64,000 nt of DNA from an uncultured Nitrososphaeraceae archaeon (lineage in GTDB: Archaea; Thermoproteota; Nitrososphaeria; Nitrososphaerales; Nitrososphaeraceae), in NCBI GenBank assembly GCA_963765895.1, contig CAVXZB010000084.1:288001-352000 (forward strand), read 5' to 3'. Below are positions 1 to 11,064 of this stretch, one piece after another. A program made the position numbers and the translations under genes. The notes beneath the pieces are model-generated. The model ran no database searches. It had not been told where the DNA came from and was given only the letters and a program-made list of their open reading frames with translations. Positions within the stretch are counted from its first letter, which is position 1; each line of letters starts with the position of its first letter.

Positions 1-359
1 TGTCTACAGCAAATACGGTATTAATTATGCATATGCCTTACACTTTGCAACGAATATTGCACTAATAGTAGTAACAGTCTGTTCATATTTTTTCATTTAG
101 TATATACCTGTCTTTAATATTATTTTTCCATATTTAAGCGGAGTCACCTATTGAGTTCACACTCCTTAAGATGATGTTAATGAGATCACAAAGCTCAATT
201 CGGCTTTCAATGACTATTCAGTATTGTGCAATTCTTGTTATAATTTAATCCGGGCAAATCTAGTTCTATAAACGTTAATTGTAGCCAGCGAGAACTTGTG
301 TATTATCAGCCTTGATTTATCTTTTTTTCAAGTTATAATTTAAGATTGAAAAGGTTTGA

Positions 360-1808
360 CTATATTAGCTTTGATTGTTTTGATGACATTAACTTATTTA
401 TATCACTATTCTGCTTTTCATACGTGCATGCAAATGACAGCATCTTACCTTCTCCAAGTTCAGGACCTATCAGTTGGGCCCCTACAGGTAGATTCTTGCT
501 TGTCAGGCCGATCGGGATGCTAATGGCTGGCAGGCCTATACTATTAAATAGAACAGTATTTCTAAGTAAAGCCTATCGAGTTCGCAAAACTTTACCATTC
601 ACTTTGATCTTTACTAGTTCTGAGAATAATGGAGCAGTAACTATCGTAGTAGGAACTATGATTATATTGAAACATCCCGAAGACAGTCTTCGAGAAAATT
701 CCGCCCTTATTTCTCCTATTATTTTTTTAGAATTTAGATAATCATATGCCAGTACTTGTTTACCTTCTATAAGGAGTTTTCTAACTTTTTTACTGTAGTT
801 GTGTATCTATACGTTCAATCCATACATGTGTATCTCTGACGTCTCCGCTAGCCTAATCCTTTTCCATGTTTCGAAATACCTTTTCGGTATTATGCAATTT
901 AATATTATATATTTTTGATACTATAGGTCTCAATCGATCTAGAAAATTATAGAAACACTTTTCAACCTCTGGATCCAAATACTTCATGAAATATCCACTT
1001 GGAACTCCATCGATATTGGTTCAACCGTCGGTTTTTCGATGATTTTTGTATACGCAGCCTTCTTGCTTTGAATAGTCGTCAAGTCAACTCGATCCCATCC
1101 AGTAGTATATTCTAATACTGCCGCTATATCCCAAACACTTTTAGATATAATGCCAACGTGATCTAATGACGGCGAAATCGGTATGACACCATGTCTACTA
1201 ACTAGTCCATAGGTAGGTTTTAACCCAATTACTCCGCACAGAGAAGATGGGACTCTTACAGAGCCACCGGTATCTGTTCCTATCGAAATTGGAATCATTC
1301 CACTCGATACCGCTGCAGCAGAACCTCCGCTAGAGCCTCATGATATTCTAAAAACATTCCACGGATTTCTACTATTGCCATAAAATTGGTTCACACCCGT
1401 GATCCCAGATGCAAATTCATTCAAGTTGTTTTTGCCAATTAGGATTGCACCAGATTTTTTCATTCTCTTCACTATCGAGGCGTCGTAGGATGGTATGTAG
1501 CTAGATAAGATTCTAGAGCCTGCAGTGCATCTAAGATTTTTTACAAAAAAATTATCTTTGACAGAGAAGTGTATTCCATGAAGCGGGCCTCTGTAGCATT
1601 TGAGCTTTATGTCTCTCTCTGCGTTTCTAGCGGTTTCACATATATCATTTTCATTTGCGATTGAAATGAACGTATCATATAATCGATCTAATCTTTTAAC
1701 TCTTATAAGACAAGATTCCACTAACTCCACAGACGAAATTTCTAAATTTTCAATTTTTTCTGATAATTCTTTAACCGAAAGGTGACATAATTTTTGCTCC
1801 AGGTTCAT
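360..1808 (-). pseudogene. Amidase-signature (GatA-like) amidase, disrupted
   Basis: ORFs 1338-1808 (GPLHGIHFSVKDN, GKNNLNEFA) and 984-1298 ([26 protein letters not shown]) are in frame. A TGA replaces Gly in [13 protein letters not shown]. Further frameshifts and stops follow, then the C-terminal FNSIGLPAISIPIG...LPVGAQLIG segment ends at a stop near 360. Confidence 0.85.
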
Positions 1809-2436
1809 GTAGATTTTAATTCCACCTAAGTATTAGTATATTTGGCAACCAGAAAAGTCTATTCTTTAGAATTTTTGTAACATAGTAAAACGGATCGTAT
1901 TTGGGAAATCAATTACAAATTTAGAGATGCCTTTGATAATAACATCTGAAAAATCAGGCTACCGAAATCTTATTTTTGTTCCTAGTCTTAAATAGCTAAC
2001 TCATACAGATTTACTTATATATTGGAAGTCATATATATTATGTCTTCAGTCAATTCTGTTTTGACTTTTATCGAAAAGTAACTTATAAGAACCTACATCA
2101 ATACTAGTAGTAGTTACTAGTAAAGAACTGAACCTATGGCTAGATGTAATTTGACATACAAAAATGAAATGCGTATTTTGTTAAATAACTAGTTCATATT
2201 ATGCTGAATTCAAATCAATCGTTTGGAAATAAGATTAAGATTTGCAGAAATGATTATGCAATATAGTTTGAAGAATTAGAGATCTTTATTACCATGCGAC
2301 TATAATTAGATACTGTCATTCATAATTTATTCGTATATGAAACACAGTATGACTTTTGTATTAGGTATTAAAACTAGATCTCTACGAGGAAAATTAAAAG
2401 CAAACGTTTTCATTATAGTGATAGGTATATAGATTT

Positions 2437-3450
2437 GTGTATAACAGATCGTCATTGTACGAAGAATCCGACCATTTTAAGAGATCTGCAGGACACCTTA
2501 ATGTACAGAAGCAGGATATTTCAGCAAACGTAAGCGACCCTTCTGATACTAAGAATGTTTGTTCTCTTTGTAAAAGTAACCTTACTGTTTTTGATGCAGA
2601 GGTCTGTGAAATAGTCTGCAGTAATTGCGGTATGGTAATGTACGATAATATGCAATCTTTAGAGGCCGAATGGAGAGTCCATAAATTTGAAGATATAAAA
2701 TTGAAAGAGAGAACCGGAATGCCTACTTCGCTTGCTATTCATGATATGGGTCTGTCAACCCTTATATCAACCTTAAATGTTGACGCAAACGGGACTGCAC
2801 TCACCCAGGAACAAATTAACAAAGTAAAAACAATGCGTCGTTGGAACAGAATTTCTACGTTTAATAATAAGAGATCAGCTAGAAACTTAAATAGCGCATT
2901 TGAAATTATGTCTAGAATTAAAGACAAACTTTCCCTAACAGATGCAGCAATAGAAAAGGCTGCATACTATTACAGAAAAGCTCTGGATAAAAATTTGATA
3001 AAAGGCAGATCGATTGAGGGGATGGTCGTTGCTTCTGTATACGTTGCATGCAGGGAGATGAGCGTGCCTAGAACGCTTGACGAAATTTCTACTGTCATAA
3101 ATAGCGACCTCACATTTGTTAGCAGATGTTATCGCTTACTGGTTAGACACCTCAAACTTCAGTCGCTTCCAACCGTGCATATTAATAGCTATCTATCCAA
3201 GATAGCTAGCAAAGCTGGAACCAGCGAGAGAACATATAGGAGAGCACTTGAGATGTTAGCCATAGTAAACGAAGACCATATTGCTATAGGAAAGCATCCA
3301 AACGCATTGGCCGTTGCTGTGCTCTATGCCGCATGTATATTAGAAGGTGAAAGAATAACACAAGAACAGATGGCAGTAGCCGCCAACACAAGCATGGTAA
3401 CTTTAAGGAAGAGGTTTGCAGATATCAAGATGATTTTTCGTTTGCAGTAG
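2437..3450 (+). CDS. tfb: Transcription initiation factor IIB (TFB paralogue)
   Basis: N-terminal Zn ribbon (CSLC...CSNCG), ERTGMP..LAIHDMGLST B-reader/linker, and two cyclin folds (KGRSIEGMVVASVYVACR; GKHPNALAVAVLYAAC). Confidence 0.93.
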   Translation: MYNRSSLYEESDHFKRSAGHLNVQKQDISANVSDPSDTKNVCSLCKSNLTVFDAEVCEIVCSNCGMVMYDNMQSLEAEWRVHKFEDIKLKERTGMPTSLAIHDMGLSTLISTLNVDANGTALTQEQINKVKTMRRWNRISTFNNKRSARNLNSAFEIMSRIKDKLSLTDAAIEKAAYYYRKALDKNLIKGRSIEGMVVASVYVACREMSVPRTLDEISTVINSDLTFVSRCYRLLVRHLKLQSLPTVHINSYLSKIASKAGTSERTYRRALEMLAIVNEDHIAIGKHPNALAVAVLYAACILEGERITQEQMAVAANTSMVTLRKRFADIKMIFRLQ

Positions 3451-4015
3451 ATTTTTTACGCGAATCTTTAGATTAGGGTTCATAGCGACGATTGGGATAT
3501 TTCTCAATCTCCTGGATAAATCAAGATATGAATCATTCTCTTAATTTTAATCCCATTGTAAGGAAAAGAAAAAGAAAATTACTCGCAATGTAGCATCAAT
3601 TTTGATGATTATCTACCTTCATTATAGTATTTAGTCCTTATAAGACAGCATTGTAAAGAGCAGAGGCGGCATCAATATCCTGTATAAATTTCTATTGAAT
3701 ATCAATATTAAAATAAATAGGAAGGACATGCGGGTTGGACGTGGATTCGTGTATCTACGATAAAAACAAAAATACGTATTAATTGGATATACCAAGATGA
3801 TATTATTAGATATTTCTTAAGGTTTTTGTTAGGAATTTAAAATATATCGACTGTAATCTAATTATATTATTTGCCAAAGACAGCAAAGTAGTTTGAGTGA
3901 GTGAACAGTAATGAGTCGTTAGCAGACATGTATTGATGATTACTGATTAGACTCCGCTGAGGAAAGCGAAGCTAAGTAGGGCCGTTGGAACTAAATTATT
4001 ATTCGATTTGGCCTT

Positions 4016-4552
4016 CTATTCCACATCTATTGATCTTTCGCCTGAGTACCGAATATTTTCATCAGCGTCTTTGCCAGTTTCTACCTTATGCAATTCCCGA
4101 GATAGAACCTGCTTGTATTTGACTCGTTCTTCAATGGTAATCTTATCCAGATTAGAACTTATTGCCGCGCCAATAGTAGAAGCTCTATCAATCAAATCTT
4201 GGGCCATAAATTTACCAGTATCGCCAACTTTGAGCATCACATCAAGCTGTTTTTTTACAATATTTCCAATAGAATTGATGTCAGCGGCCATTTCTACTCC
4301 CTTGGACGTAATCTTGTATCTACCATCGCCATCCTCTTTGATCAACCCCTCCTGGAGTAGTCTGCCTAGTATTGGATAGATCAGGCCTGGCGAAGGCTTC
4401 CACTTCCCGCTGCTTTGTAAACTGGCTCTGTTAATAATCTCTTTTCCGGACATGGGTTGTTCCTTCAATAGGTTTAAAATATAATATCTTGAAAATCCTC
4501 TTGGTATGGAGCTACCTACTTTTCCTAGCCACTTTGAAACAATTTCTTTCAT
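4016..4552 (-). CDS. PadR-family transcriptional regulator
   Basis: PRGFSRYYILNLLKEQPMSGKEI...WKPSPGLIYPILGRL...YKITSKG matches the PadR winged-helix pattern. Confidence 0.88.
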   Translation of the reverse strand: MKEIVSKWLGKVGSSIPRGFSRYYILNLLKEQPMSGKEIINRASLQSSGKWKPSPGLIYPILGRLLQEGLIKEDGDGRYKITSKGVEMAADINSIGNIVKKQLDVMLKVGDTGKFMAQDLIDRASTIGAAISSNLDKITIEERVKYKQVLSRELHKVETGKDADENIRYSGERSIDVE

Positions 4553-4707
4553 GTATCGCTAGTAATATCTCTAGCGACATATTAAGTTTTGGACTTGGGT
4601 ACTGGGGCCGGAACCGGGTAGAACGCCAATGGGAAAATGGCTTAAGCTCAGCATAGATAGTAGCGTTGAACACATATTGCTTAATTTTCTAGCTGCACAA
4701 TTTGTGT

Positions 4708-5382
4708 TCAGTGAAGACCAAGCACTTGTTTGCGAGATAACGATATAGCTGCTATTATTATACCTGCAACTCCTGCACCAATGCCCACCATCGCAATCAT
4801 ATATGAACGATCTACAGAGCTTTTAATATCCGAAATTGATTTCTGGATATTTCCCATATTCTTAGCCAATGATTGGATATCAGCTTTAGATGACTCTACA
4901 TCGTTTGACATACCACTAATTATTGTCTGCAATTTTGGCCCTATATTGTTGCTCGTCGATTGTGTACCTGAAGTAATCACATTAGAGGTCGATGCATCTG
5001 GAAATGAGATCTTTTGTGTGGCTTCTACGATATCTAGTGGAATTTCTACGTTTGATATCTTCTCTCCTTGAATGGTGCCATTCATAATAAGACTATACGA
5101 ACCAACCCTAGTAGGCACTGTTTTAGATTCGTATTGACCCTCAGCCTGTTCAGAGGGGATAAAATCGACTGATTTTGTAATACTGCCGTATTTCTCCTTT
5201 ACATCTAGATCAGCAAGTGCGTCTATTACAGGTGATTCCTGTCCGCCGGCAGAAGTTTTATTGACAGCGACAATAATGTTATTAACTTGTGCAGTTAGTG
5301 GTGGCTCGTCAAACCAGCCAACTTCGACTTTGATGTTTCCAATCTGTTTCGTTATATGGGCATATACCGGTAGAATCAGCAT
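4708..5382 (-). CDS. Secreted, C-terminally membrane-anchored protein, possibly copper-related
   Basis: PVYA|H gives a His at the predicted mature N-terminus, followed by a beta-rich domain, a coiled stalk and a C-terminal TM helix. The frame stays open upstream to ~5470 and encodes a hydrophobic signal-like segment, so the true start may be further 5'. It is divergent from copC/copD. Confidence 0.7.
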   Translation of the reverse strand: MLILPVYAHITKQIGNIKVEVGWFDEPPLTAQVNNIIVAVNKTSAGGQESPVIDALADLDVKEKYGSITKSVDFIPSEQAEGQYESKTVPTRVGSYSLIMNGTIQGEKISNVEIPLDIVEATQKISFPDASTSNVITSGTQSTSNNIGPKLQTIISGMSNDVESSKADIQSLAKNMGNIQKSISDIKSSVDRSYMIAMVGIGAGVAGIIIAAISLSRKQVLGLH

Positions 5383-5671
5383 GTTAGAAACATAACGCGC
5401 ACCAAGAGCAGATATTATTAGAATACTGATAAGAAATGTAAGTAGACAAATACCAAATTTGTTTAAAATGTCATAAATAATTATGTATGACCCCTGCTAA
5501 GAAGGAGTTCTATCATCCTATAAATTTATTGGTTCATTCGTCGAATGTTAGAAATAAATTCTCAAATACTATAAATTCCAAAGTTTTCTACATAATTGGA
5601 GGTGTCTGCAAACGACTGATGAAGTCAGTGTCCTGTCAGGTAAACATACGAAGTATGTTTTTGCCCTTATA

Positions 5672-7387
5672 ATGTTGACCGTATCATTTTCGATTTCGAT
5701 TCTGATCCTCACTCCATCGTTGATCCAGAAAACATACGGACATGCATTTGTAATTAATAGCGACCCCTCACCCTCACAACTATTAAAAACGCCACCAGCA
5801 AATATACAGGTATCGTTAAGCGAGCCCGTTGATGTGCGCTATAGCAAGATTTCAGTATTGGACTCTACTGGAAAGGAGGTTGATAGGAAAGACGCACATT
5901 ATGTGAAGGGCGACCATACTCTATTAGGCGTCTCCCTGCCGACTTCAGTTAAAGACGGAGTGTATACGGTTTCTACGAAAATGTTATCGGAAGTAGATGG
6001 GCATGTCACAGATAACGCCTTCGTATTTGGAGTTGGTAAGGCAATTATTCCAGTTACTAATGCAGGCTCTGTCACTGGGGTAGAGTCGCAACTATCTATT
6101 CCTGATGCCCTAGCAAGATTCCCTTCGCTAGTAGGTCAGGTGATCGTAGTAGGTGGAGCATTTCTGGCCTTGTGGATATGGAAGCCAATAACTAGAATTG
6201 ACTGGCTGTTTACATCTTTCACAAGAACAAAATATAGAATTGATCGAAGTTTTTATATTTTGATGCTTGTTGGCTCATTAATTCTGATTTTCTCAGATAT
6301 TGCAATGATATCTGTACAAGCTGTGTCCATAAACGCAACGATTGGTGAAGCCATTTCTACCAAATTTGGAAGTGTCTGGATCGTTAGAACGATTCTTTCT
6401 TTGGTATTAGCTGGCATGTCCATTCTATGCTGTTATAGGCAAGGAATTTTGAGACTCAAAATAAGAAATATTGGAAGTAAGAATGAGGCCCGTGAGTCGA
6501 GCATTTTCTCAAATCGCCTTTCAAAAAGAGTAGTCATTAGCTTCATGATATTAGGCACTCTGACATTGTTTACTACAAGTCTAATAAGTCATGGTGCAGC
6601 CGTGTCTGGAAACGCCATTACATCCATTATAATTGATTTTATCCACAATTTCGGAGCTTCACTTTGGATCGGTGGTCTAATATATCTTGCTTTTATAATA
6701 TCACCCAGGATAAAAAGAGCAAGTTTGGACGAACAGACAAAAGCTTCGATCTTATCAATAATACTTCCTAGGTTTTCCACCGTCCCAGTAACTGTTCTTG
6801 GAGTAATCGTAATAACAGGACCATTTTTGTTGTACATATTGGAAAGCAATCTAGCATTGACCTTGGCTTCTTTCTATGGAAAAGTACTGATCATTAAGTT
6901 ATCATTAGCGGCAGGAATGATAGCCATTGGAGGTTTCAATCAGGCAAGAATTTATCCTCAAGCCCTGAAGGAATCGACAATCGTTGCTATTAAAGCGACT
7001 CTGGAGAGAAGTAGCAGAAAAATTGGCGGGAACAAAAGAACATTCAAGCGATATTTTAGCATGGATACAGATTCAGTTGAGAATTTAACTACCCCAAAAG
7101 AAAATGAGAGCATTACAGATAAAGGAGAATATTTCAATACCCCATCTCCAGCAACTACAACAGCAATATCTAAATTTAATAAGACTACGAAAATAGAAGC
7201 GTTAATTGGAATAGCACTACTTCTGGCAGTAGCGATTATGGTCAATAGTGGGTTACCTGACAGTGAATTTCAGAGTGTGATACAGCAACAGAAGGCAGCA
7301 ATATCAAAATGGTCAGGCTTTGCTTGCACAAACTGCCAACAAGCCATTTACCTCAACGAGTTTTACGCAAGACGGAGATATTATTAG
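5672..7387 (+). CDS. copC/copD: CopC-CopD copper resistance/uptake fusion (5' part of a frameshifted longer gene)
   Basis: Signal then H-A-F-V..S-D-P N-terminus, the YTVSTKMLSEVDGHVT CopC motif, and CopD TM helices with SHGAA, DFIHNFGASLWIGG and YGKVLIIKL. Confidence 0.85.
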   Translation: MLTVSFSISILILTPSLIQKTYGHAFVINSDPSPSQLLKTPPANIQVSLSEPVDVRYSKISVLDSTGKEVDRKDAHYVKGDHTLLGVSLPTSVKDGVYTVSTKMLSEVDGHVTDNAFVFGVGKAIIPVTNAGSVTGVESQLSIPDALARFPSLVGQVIVVGGAFLALWIWKPITRIDWLFTSFTRTKYRIDRSFYILMLVGSLILIFSDIAMISVQAVSINATIGEAISTKFGSVWIVRTILSLVLAGMSILCCYRQGILRLKIRNIGSKNEARESSIFSNRLSKRVVISFMILGTLTLFTTSLISHGAAVSGNAITSIIIDFIHNFGASLWIGGLIYLAFIISPRIKRASLDEQTKASILSIILPRFSTVPVTVLGVIVITGPFLLYILESNLALTLASFYGKVLIIKLSLAAGMIAIGGFNQARIYPQALKESTIVAIKATLERSSRKIGGNKRTFKRYFSMDTDSVENLTTPKENESITDKGEYFNTPSPATTTAISKFNKTTKIEALIGIALLLAVAIMVNSGLPDSEFQSVIQQQKAAISKWSGFACTNCQQAIYLNEFYARRRYY

Positions 7388-8915
7388 CCTCTCTATAGAT
7401 CCATTGGCACCAGGTAGTAACAATTTCCAAATCAAATTCTTGAATTCAACGTGGATCCCAATAGATATTAGCTCAGCAAAGATGAGACTAACTCAGACTG
7501 AAAAGGGAATTGGGCCAATTGAAGTCGATACCAGACGAGTGGCTTCTGCAATTAATGAATTTTCGACTAGTGCATCCTTTGGAATACCGGGAAAATGGGA
7601 AATACAGATTGAGGGAACGCCCAAAAAAGAAAACGCACCCAATATTGTAGGCACTTTTGATCTGTTAGTCAAGCCTCCTCTTGATCAGACAAAATTCAAT
7701 GTTCATGAATTTCATATACCTTCAAACATGAATGGTAATAGTTCTGCAACCCAGCCGCTTTATCCGGTATATGACAAAAGCAGAAATGTGATATGGGTCG
7801 GTGATACATCCATCGGTAGCGGAAGGTTATTGGCATTTAATTTAAGTAGTGGAAAGTATTATTCTCATAGCCTTATCGGGACAAGCATAGTTACAAGTAT
7901 TGCCCTAGACTCAAATCACAATAACGATATATGGTATATTGATCCGTTGAACAAGAACCTCGGAAATTTTGATCCCAATACCAATACTAATACTCTCTAT
8001 CGAATAAAGAGCCAAGGACCCCCATCTGGTGTTACAATATCCAATAGCGTCAATAATAGTACAGTTTCTAATATCTGGATATCACTGCCCGTGGACAATG
8101 AGTTATTAAGATTCAATCCACAAACTAAGAATTTTACCAATTATCGCATACCTACCCCGAATTCTGGTGCCTTAGGTATAGCCGCTGATAACAGTGGCTT
8201 AATTTGGTTTGCGGAGGCTGGTTCAGGAAAGTTGGGAAGTATTGATACTAACAGAAACTTCAAGATAACCGAATATCCTTCAAGTGGTAAAGATATTAAC
8301 AATAGCTCATTGAAGAGTCCAACGGCGATTCTTATCGATCCAGACACTGACAATATATATATCTCAGAACATGATGGCCATGCTATAACTGTTTTTGATC
8401 CAGTATTAAAGACATTCAAGCGATATCCTGAACTAAATCCTAAAGGGCTGCCATTTGGAATGGCGCTAGATGGTTATCATAATTTGTGGATTGCAGAACA
8501 TGTAATAAATAAAATATCTGTTATCGATACTACGACCGGAGAACATAAGGACATTAACATTCCAACAACTAACCCATTCACTCAATGGTTAACTGCCGAC
8601 ACTAATGGAAATATATGGTTTGCCGAACAAAGAGGTAATTCACTTGGCACGGTAAGTGCTATTGCAGGCCAGTTACAAGCGAGTTCCAGCCCAAGTCAAG
8701 CAACATCACCCAATAGCACAAATAGTGTATCAAATTCTAAAAATAACGCCATTCCTCAATTGAGCTTCAGTTATGCGGATATCATAGGGCCAGGTGTCGC
8801 TGCTGGTATTATATTTTGTGCAATATTTTATGCTAGAAGCATAGTAGACCTAAAAAAGAGTATGAGTCAGCTGACCAGAATAAACAATACTGAAATCGAT
8901 AAAAAGAAGGCGTAA
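7320..8915 (+). CDS. Ig/YtkA-like domain plus Vgb-like beta-propeller with C-terminal TM anchor (3' part of the copCD fusion)
   Basis: GKWEIQIEG Ig-like segment, repeated GxIWFAExxxxKLG / NLWIAE propeller blades and a C-terminal TM. Overlaps the copD ORF in another frame near 7310-7320. Confidence 0.75.
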   Translation: MLAQTANKPFTSTSFTQDGDIISLSIDPLAPGSNNFQIKFLNSTWIPIDISSAKMRLTQTEKGIGPIEVDTRRVASAINEFSTSASFGIPGKWEIQIEGTPKKENAPNIVGTFDLLVKPPLDQTKFNVHEFHIPSNMNGNSSATQPLYPVYDKSRNVIWVGDTSIGSGRLLAFNLSSGKYYSHSLIGTSIVTSIALDSNHNNDIWYIDPLNKNLGNFDPNTNTNTLYRIKSQGPPSGVTISNSVNNSTVSNIWISLPVDNELLRFNPQTKNFTNYRIPTPNSGALGIAADNSGLIWFAEAGSGKLGSIDTNRNFKITEYPSSGKDINNSSLKSPTAILIDPDTDNIYISEHDGHAITVFDPVLKTFKRYPELNPKGLPFGMALDGYHNLWIAEHVINKISVIDTTTGEHKDINIPTTNPFTQWLTADTNGNIWFAEQRGNSLGTVSAIAGQLQASSSPSQATSPNSTNSVSNSKNNAIPQLSFSYADIIGPGVAAGIIFCAIFYARSIVDLKKSMSQLTRINNTEIDKKKA

Positions 8916-9481
8916 TAGCATTTGATGTAATATATAGCATCAATAGTAGAGAGTTCTTCCTAATCCTAGTTAAATCTGGTGTATCCGATCCTACACGGGG
9001 TATTAAACTATATTTCCCTTCGAATTTTAGTGTATTAATGAAACAATTTTTACAATAATAAATCCAAGCCGCAGAATCTAATCTACTGTCTAACGTAATT
9101 CTGTGTAACTGCAAAGTGTTTAACTAATAGTAGACGGCTTGATTAATTTGAGGAATTTATGTTAATGTATAATTTGAAACCACATAGTGTATATGATGAA
9201 GGAATTTAGAAATCAGACGTGCACTTCAACTTTCAATATTCGGATAAACACTTCATCTCAATACGTATCATGGATAAGCAATTATTATTCAGGATAATTC
9301 AGCTGACTATTAGTAAAGGGTTGGGAACAAGAATGGTAGTTACCAAGTCGTTGTTGATATATATAATTATGATTAAATTAATCAAGACAAGACTCTAGGA
9401 GATAATAACCTGGCACAAATGCACCGAACCTAAAGCAGATAAAAACAAAGTTTAAAAGAGCAGAATGCCAAGGAAGTTATA

Positions 9482-10222
9482 TTGTTCTTCAAGATCATGT
9501 TGTTTAGTATTATTGTACTGTTCGCATTTCTTACCTTTGCTACGATTGAAGCTGGCCACCCTAGCAATGAAGTTGAAGGAAAAAAATCATCTAAGCATAC
9601 GTCTGATCGGAACAGTAACGAGCTATCAGATAATGAGCCGTCTATTCAAATCTGCTGTAGCTGGGCTGCCAATAGGATTAGTGATGAAGGCCTGACATAT
9701 AGGATCATAGGTGGGAACGCTATGGCTGGACAAGCGGTGCGCAGTGCTATCGACGATTGGACTAAATATATTGATGGTCTAAAGTTCACTGAACTTGACT
9801 CATCTGATAATAGCGCAGACATAACCCTAAAGTTTAATTCAAAATTTTCCCAAGATGGCAATGTACGACATATGAAATTGGCTGATAAAGGAATCAATCT
9901 AAAGGCTATTGCGCCTGGAGCAACGCGAATTAATTATAATCTTCAAAATGGCGAGATCACTAACGCCGTAACGACTGTATCGAAATCTATTTTTGGCGAA
10001 AAATTAGATTTCGATACAACTGAGCAGATTGCAAAACATGAGTTAGGACATGCGCTTGGTTTAGGCCATGCCAATTTCAGCGGTGACCTAATGTCTCCTA
10101 CACTAAACGACGAATCAAAATCTATCTCGAATTGTGATATCGACGCGGTTTTGAATGCCAATCACATGTTAAAGGATGAAAATAGCAAAAGTACTTCGGG
10201 TAATTCATTTAGATGTTCTTAG
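9482..10222 (+). CDS. Secreted metzincin (matrixin/M10-like) zinc metalloprotease
   Basis: Signal peptide, HELGHALGLGH zinc motif and DLMSP Met-turn. Confidence 0.88.
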   Translation: MFFKIMLFSIIVLFAFLTFATIEAGHPSNEVEGKKSSKHTSDRNSNELSDNEPSIQICCSWAANRISDEGLTYRIIGGNAMAGQAVRSAIDDWTKYIDGLKFTELDSSDNSADITLKFNSKFSQDGNVRHMKLADKGINLKAIAPGATRINYNLQNGEITNAVTTVSKSIFGEKLDFDTTEQIAKHELGHALGLGHANFSGDLMSPTLNDESKSISNCDIDAVLNANHMLKDENSKSTSGNSFRCS

Positions 10223-10291
10223 AACTTTGAGGGAAGACACTTTAGCGATATTTGGTAAAATTGAATCCAAGGCACGAACTGTATATTCTAA

Positions 10292-10768
10292 TTGCATGAT
10301 AAAACAATGGAATTGCAAATAAGAAAAAGAGATTACGAGGAATCCGTGGGTGCAGTAATTTCGTACGCTCCGAAACATGAATTGTCTCGGAGCTCATTAT
10401 CTAGACTACAATGCAAATCTAGACAGTTTTTGCTAATGAAAAGTCCAAGAGGAGATTGGAATTTTGTTAAGGGTCATAGAGAGAATGGAGAAACAGACTA
10501 TCAAACGCTCAGAAGAGAAATTCAGGAAGAGACAGGTATCAGGAGATTCGCAGTTTTAAACTATCTTGGCGATGTAAACTATACCTTCCTGAAGAAGGAC
10601 ACAGAGATTGAAAAGGTGGTAAAGTTCTATCATGTTGGTACGTTTAATTCTCAAATAACAATCTCTCAAGAACACGTTGATTACGCATGGCTTGGATATA
10701 AGCAGGCTAAAGCACTTCTGACTTTTTGGCAATCAAAAGACATCCTCGAAAAAGTTTCTGAGATATGA
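10292..10768 (+). CDS. NUDIX hydrolase (Ap4A hydrolase-like)
   Basis: WNFVKGHRENGETDYQTLRREIQEETGI Nudix box and ISQEHVDYAW. Confidence 0.9.
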   Translation: MHDKTMELQIRKRDYEESVGAVISYAPKHELSRSSLSRLQCKSRQFLLMKSPRGDWNFVKGHRENGETDYQTLRREIQEETGIRRFAVLNYLGDVNYTFLKKDTEIEKVVKFYHVGTFNSQITISQEHVDYAWLGYKQAKALLTFWQSKDILEKVSEI

Positions 10769-11064
10769 ATAAAGAAGTTTTCATCATCGGTAAGACCGTA
10801 GCGTCTTGCTTGTTAACTTTATTCGTATCAAAGTTCATATCATCGATAATTGTTAATTCCTTGTCTAATGTATTTGTCTAATTATCACTTATGATTATCA
10901 ATAGAGATAGTCTCTCTAGCAGTATTAATTTTATTATAATTCTCAAGATTAATAACAATATATATATAAAAACTTGGTATTGATTGAATACCCTATAATA
11001 TTAATAATAATTCTGTTAACAGAATCTTTAAGTAATATACTGACTTGATAGATAATGAACTAAC

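Noticed and set aside
346-741. 131-aa plus-strand ORF
   Set aside because: Antisense shadow of the 3' part of the amidase pseudogene.
1338-1340. In-frame TGA as possible selenocysteine or readthrough
   Set aside because: It replaces a conserved Gly (GGA>TGA), and the gene has other stops and frameshifts.
3905-3990. Possible C/D-box sRNA (TGATGA...CTGA)
   Set aside because: Box spacing is ambiguous and I could not identify an rRNA or tRNA target by eye.
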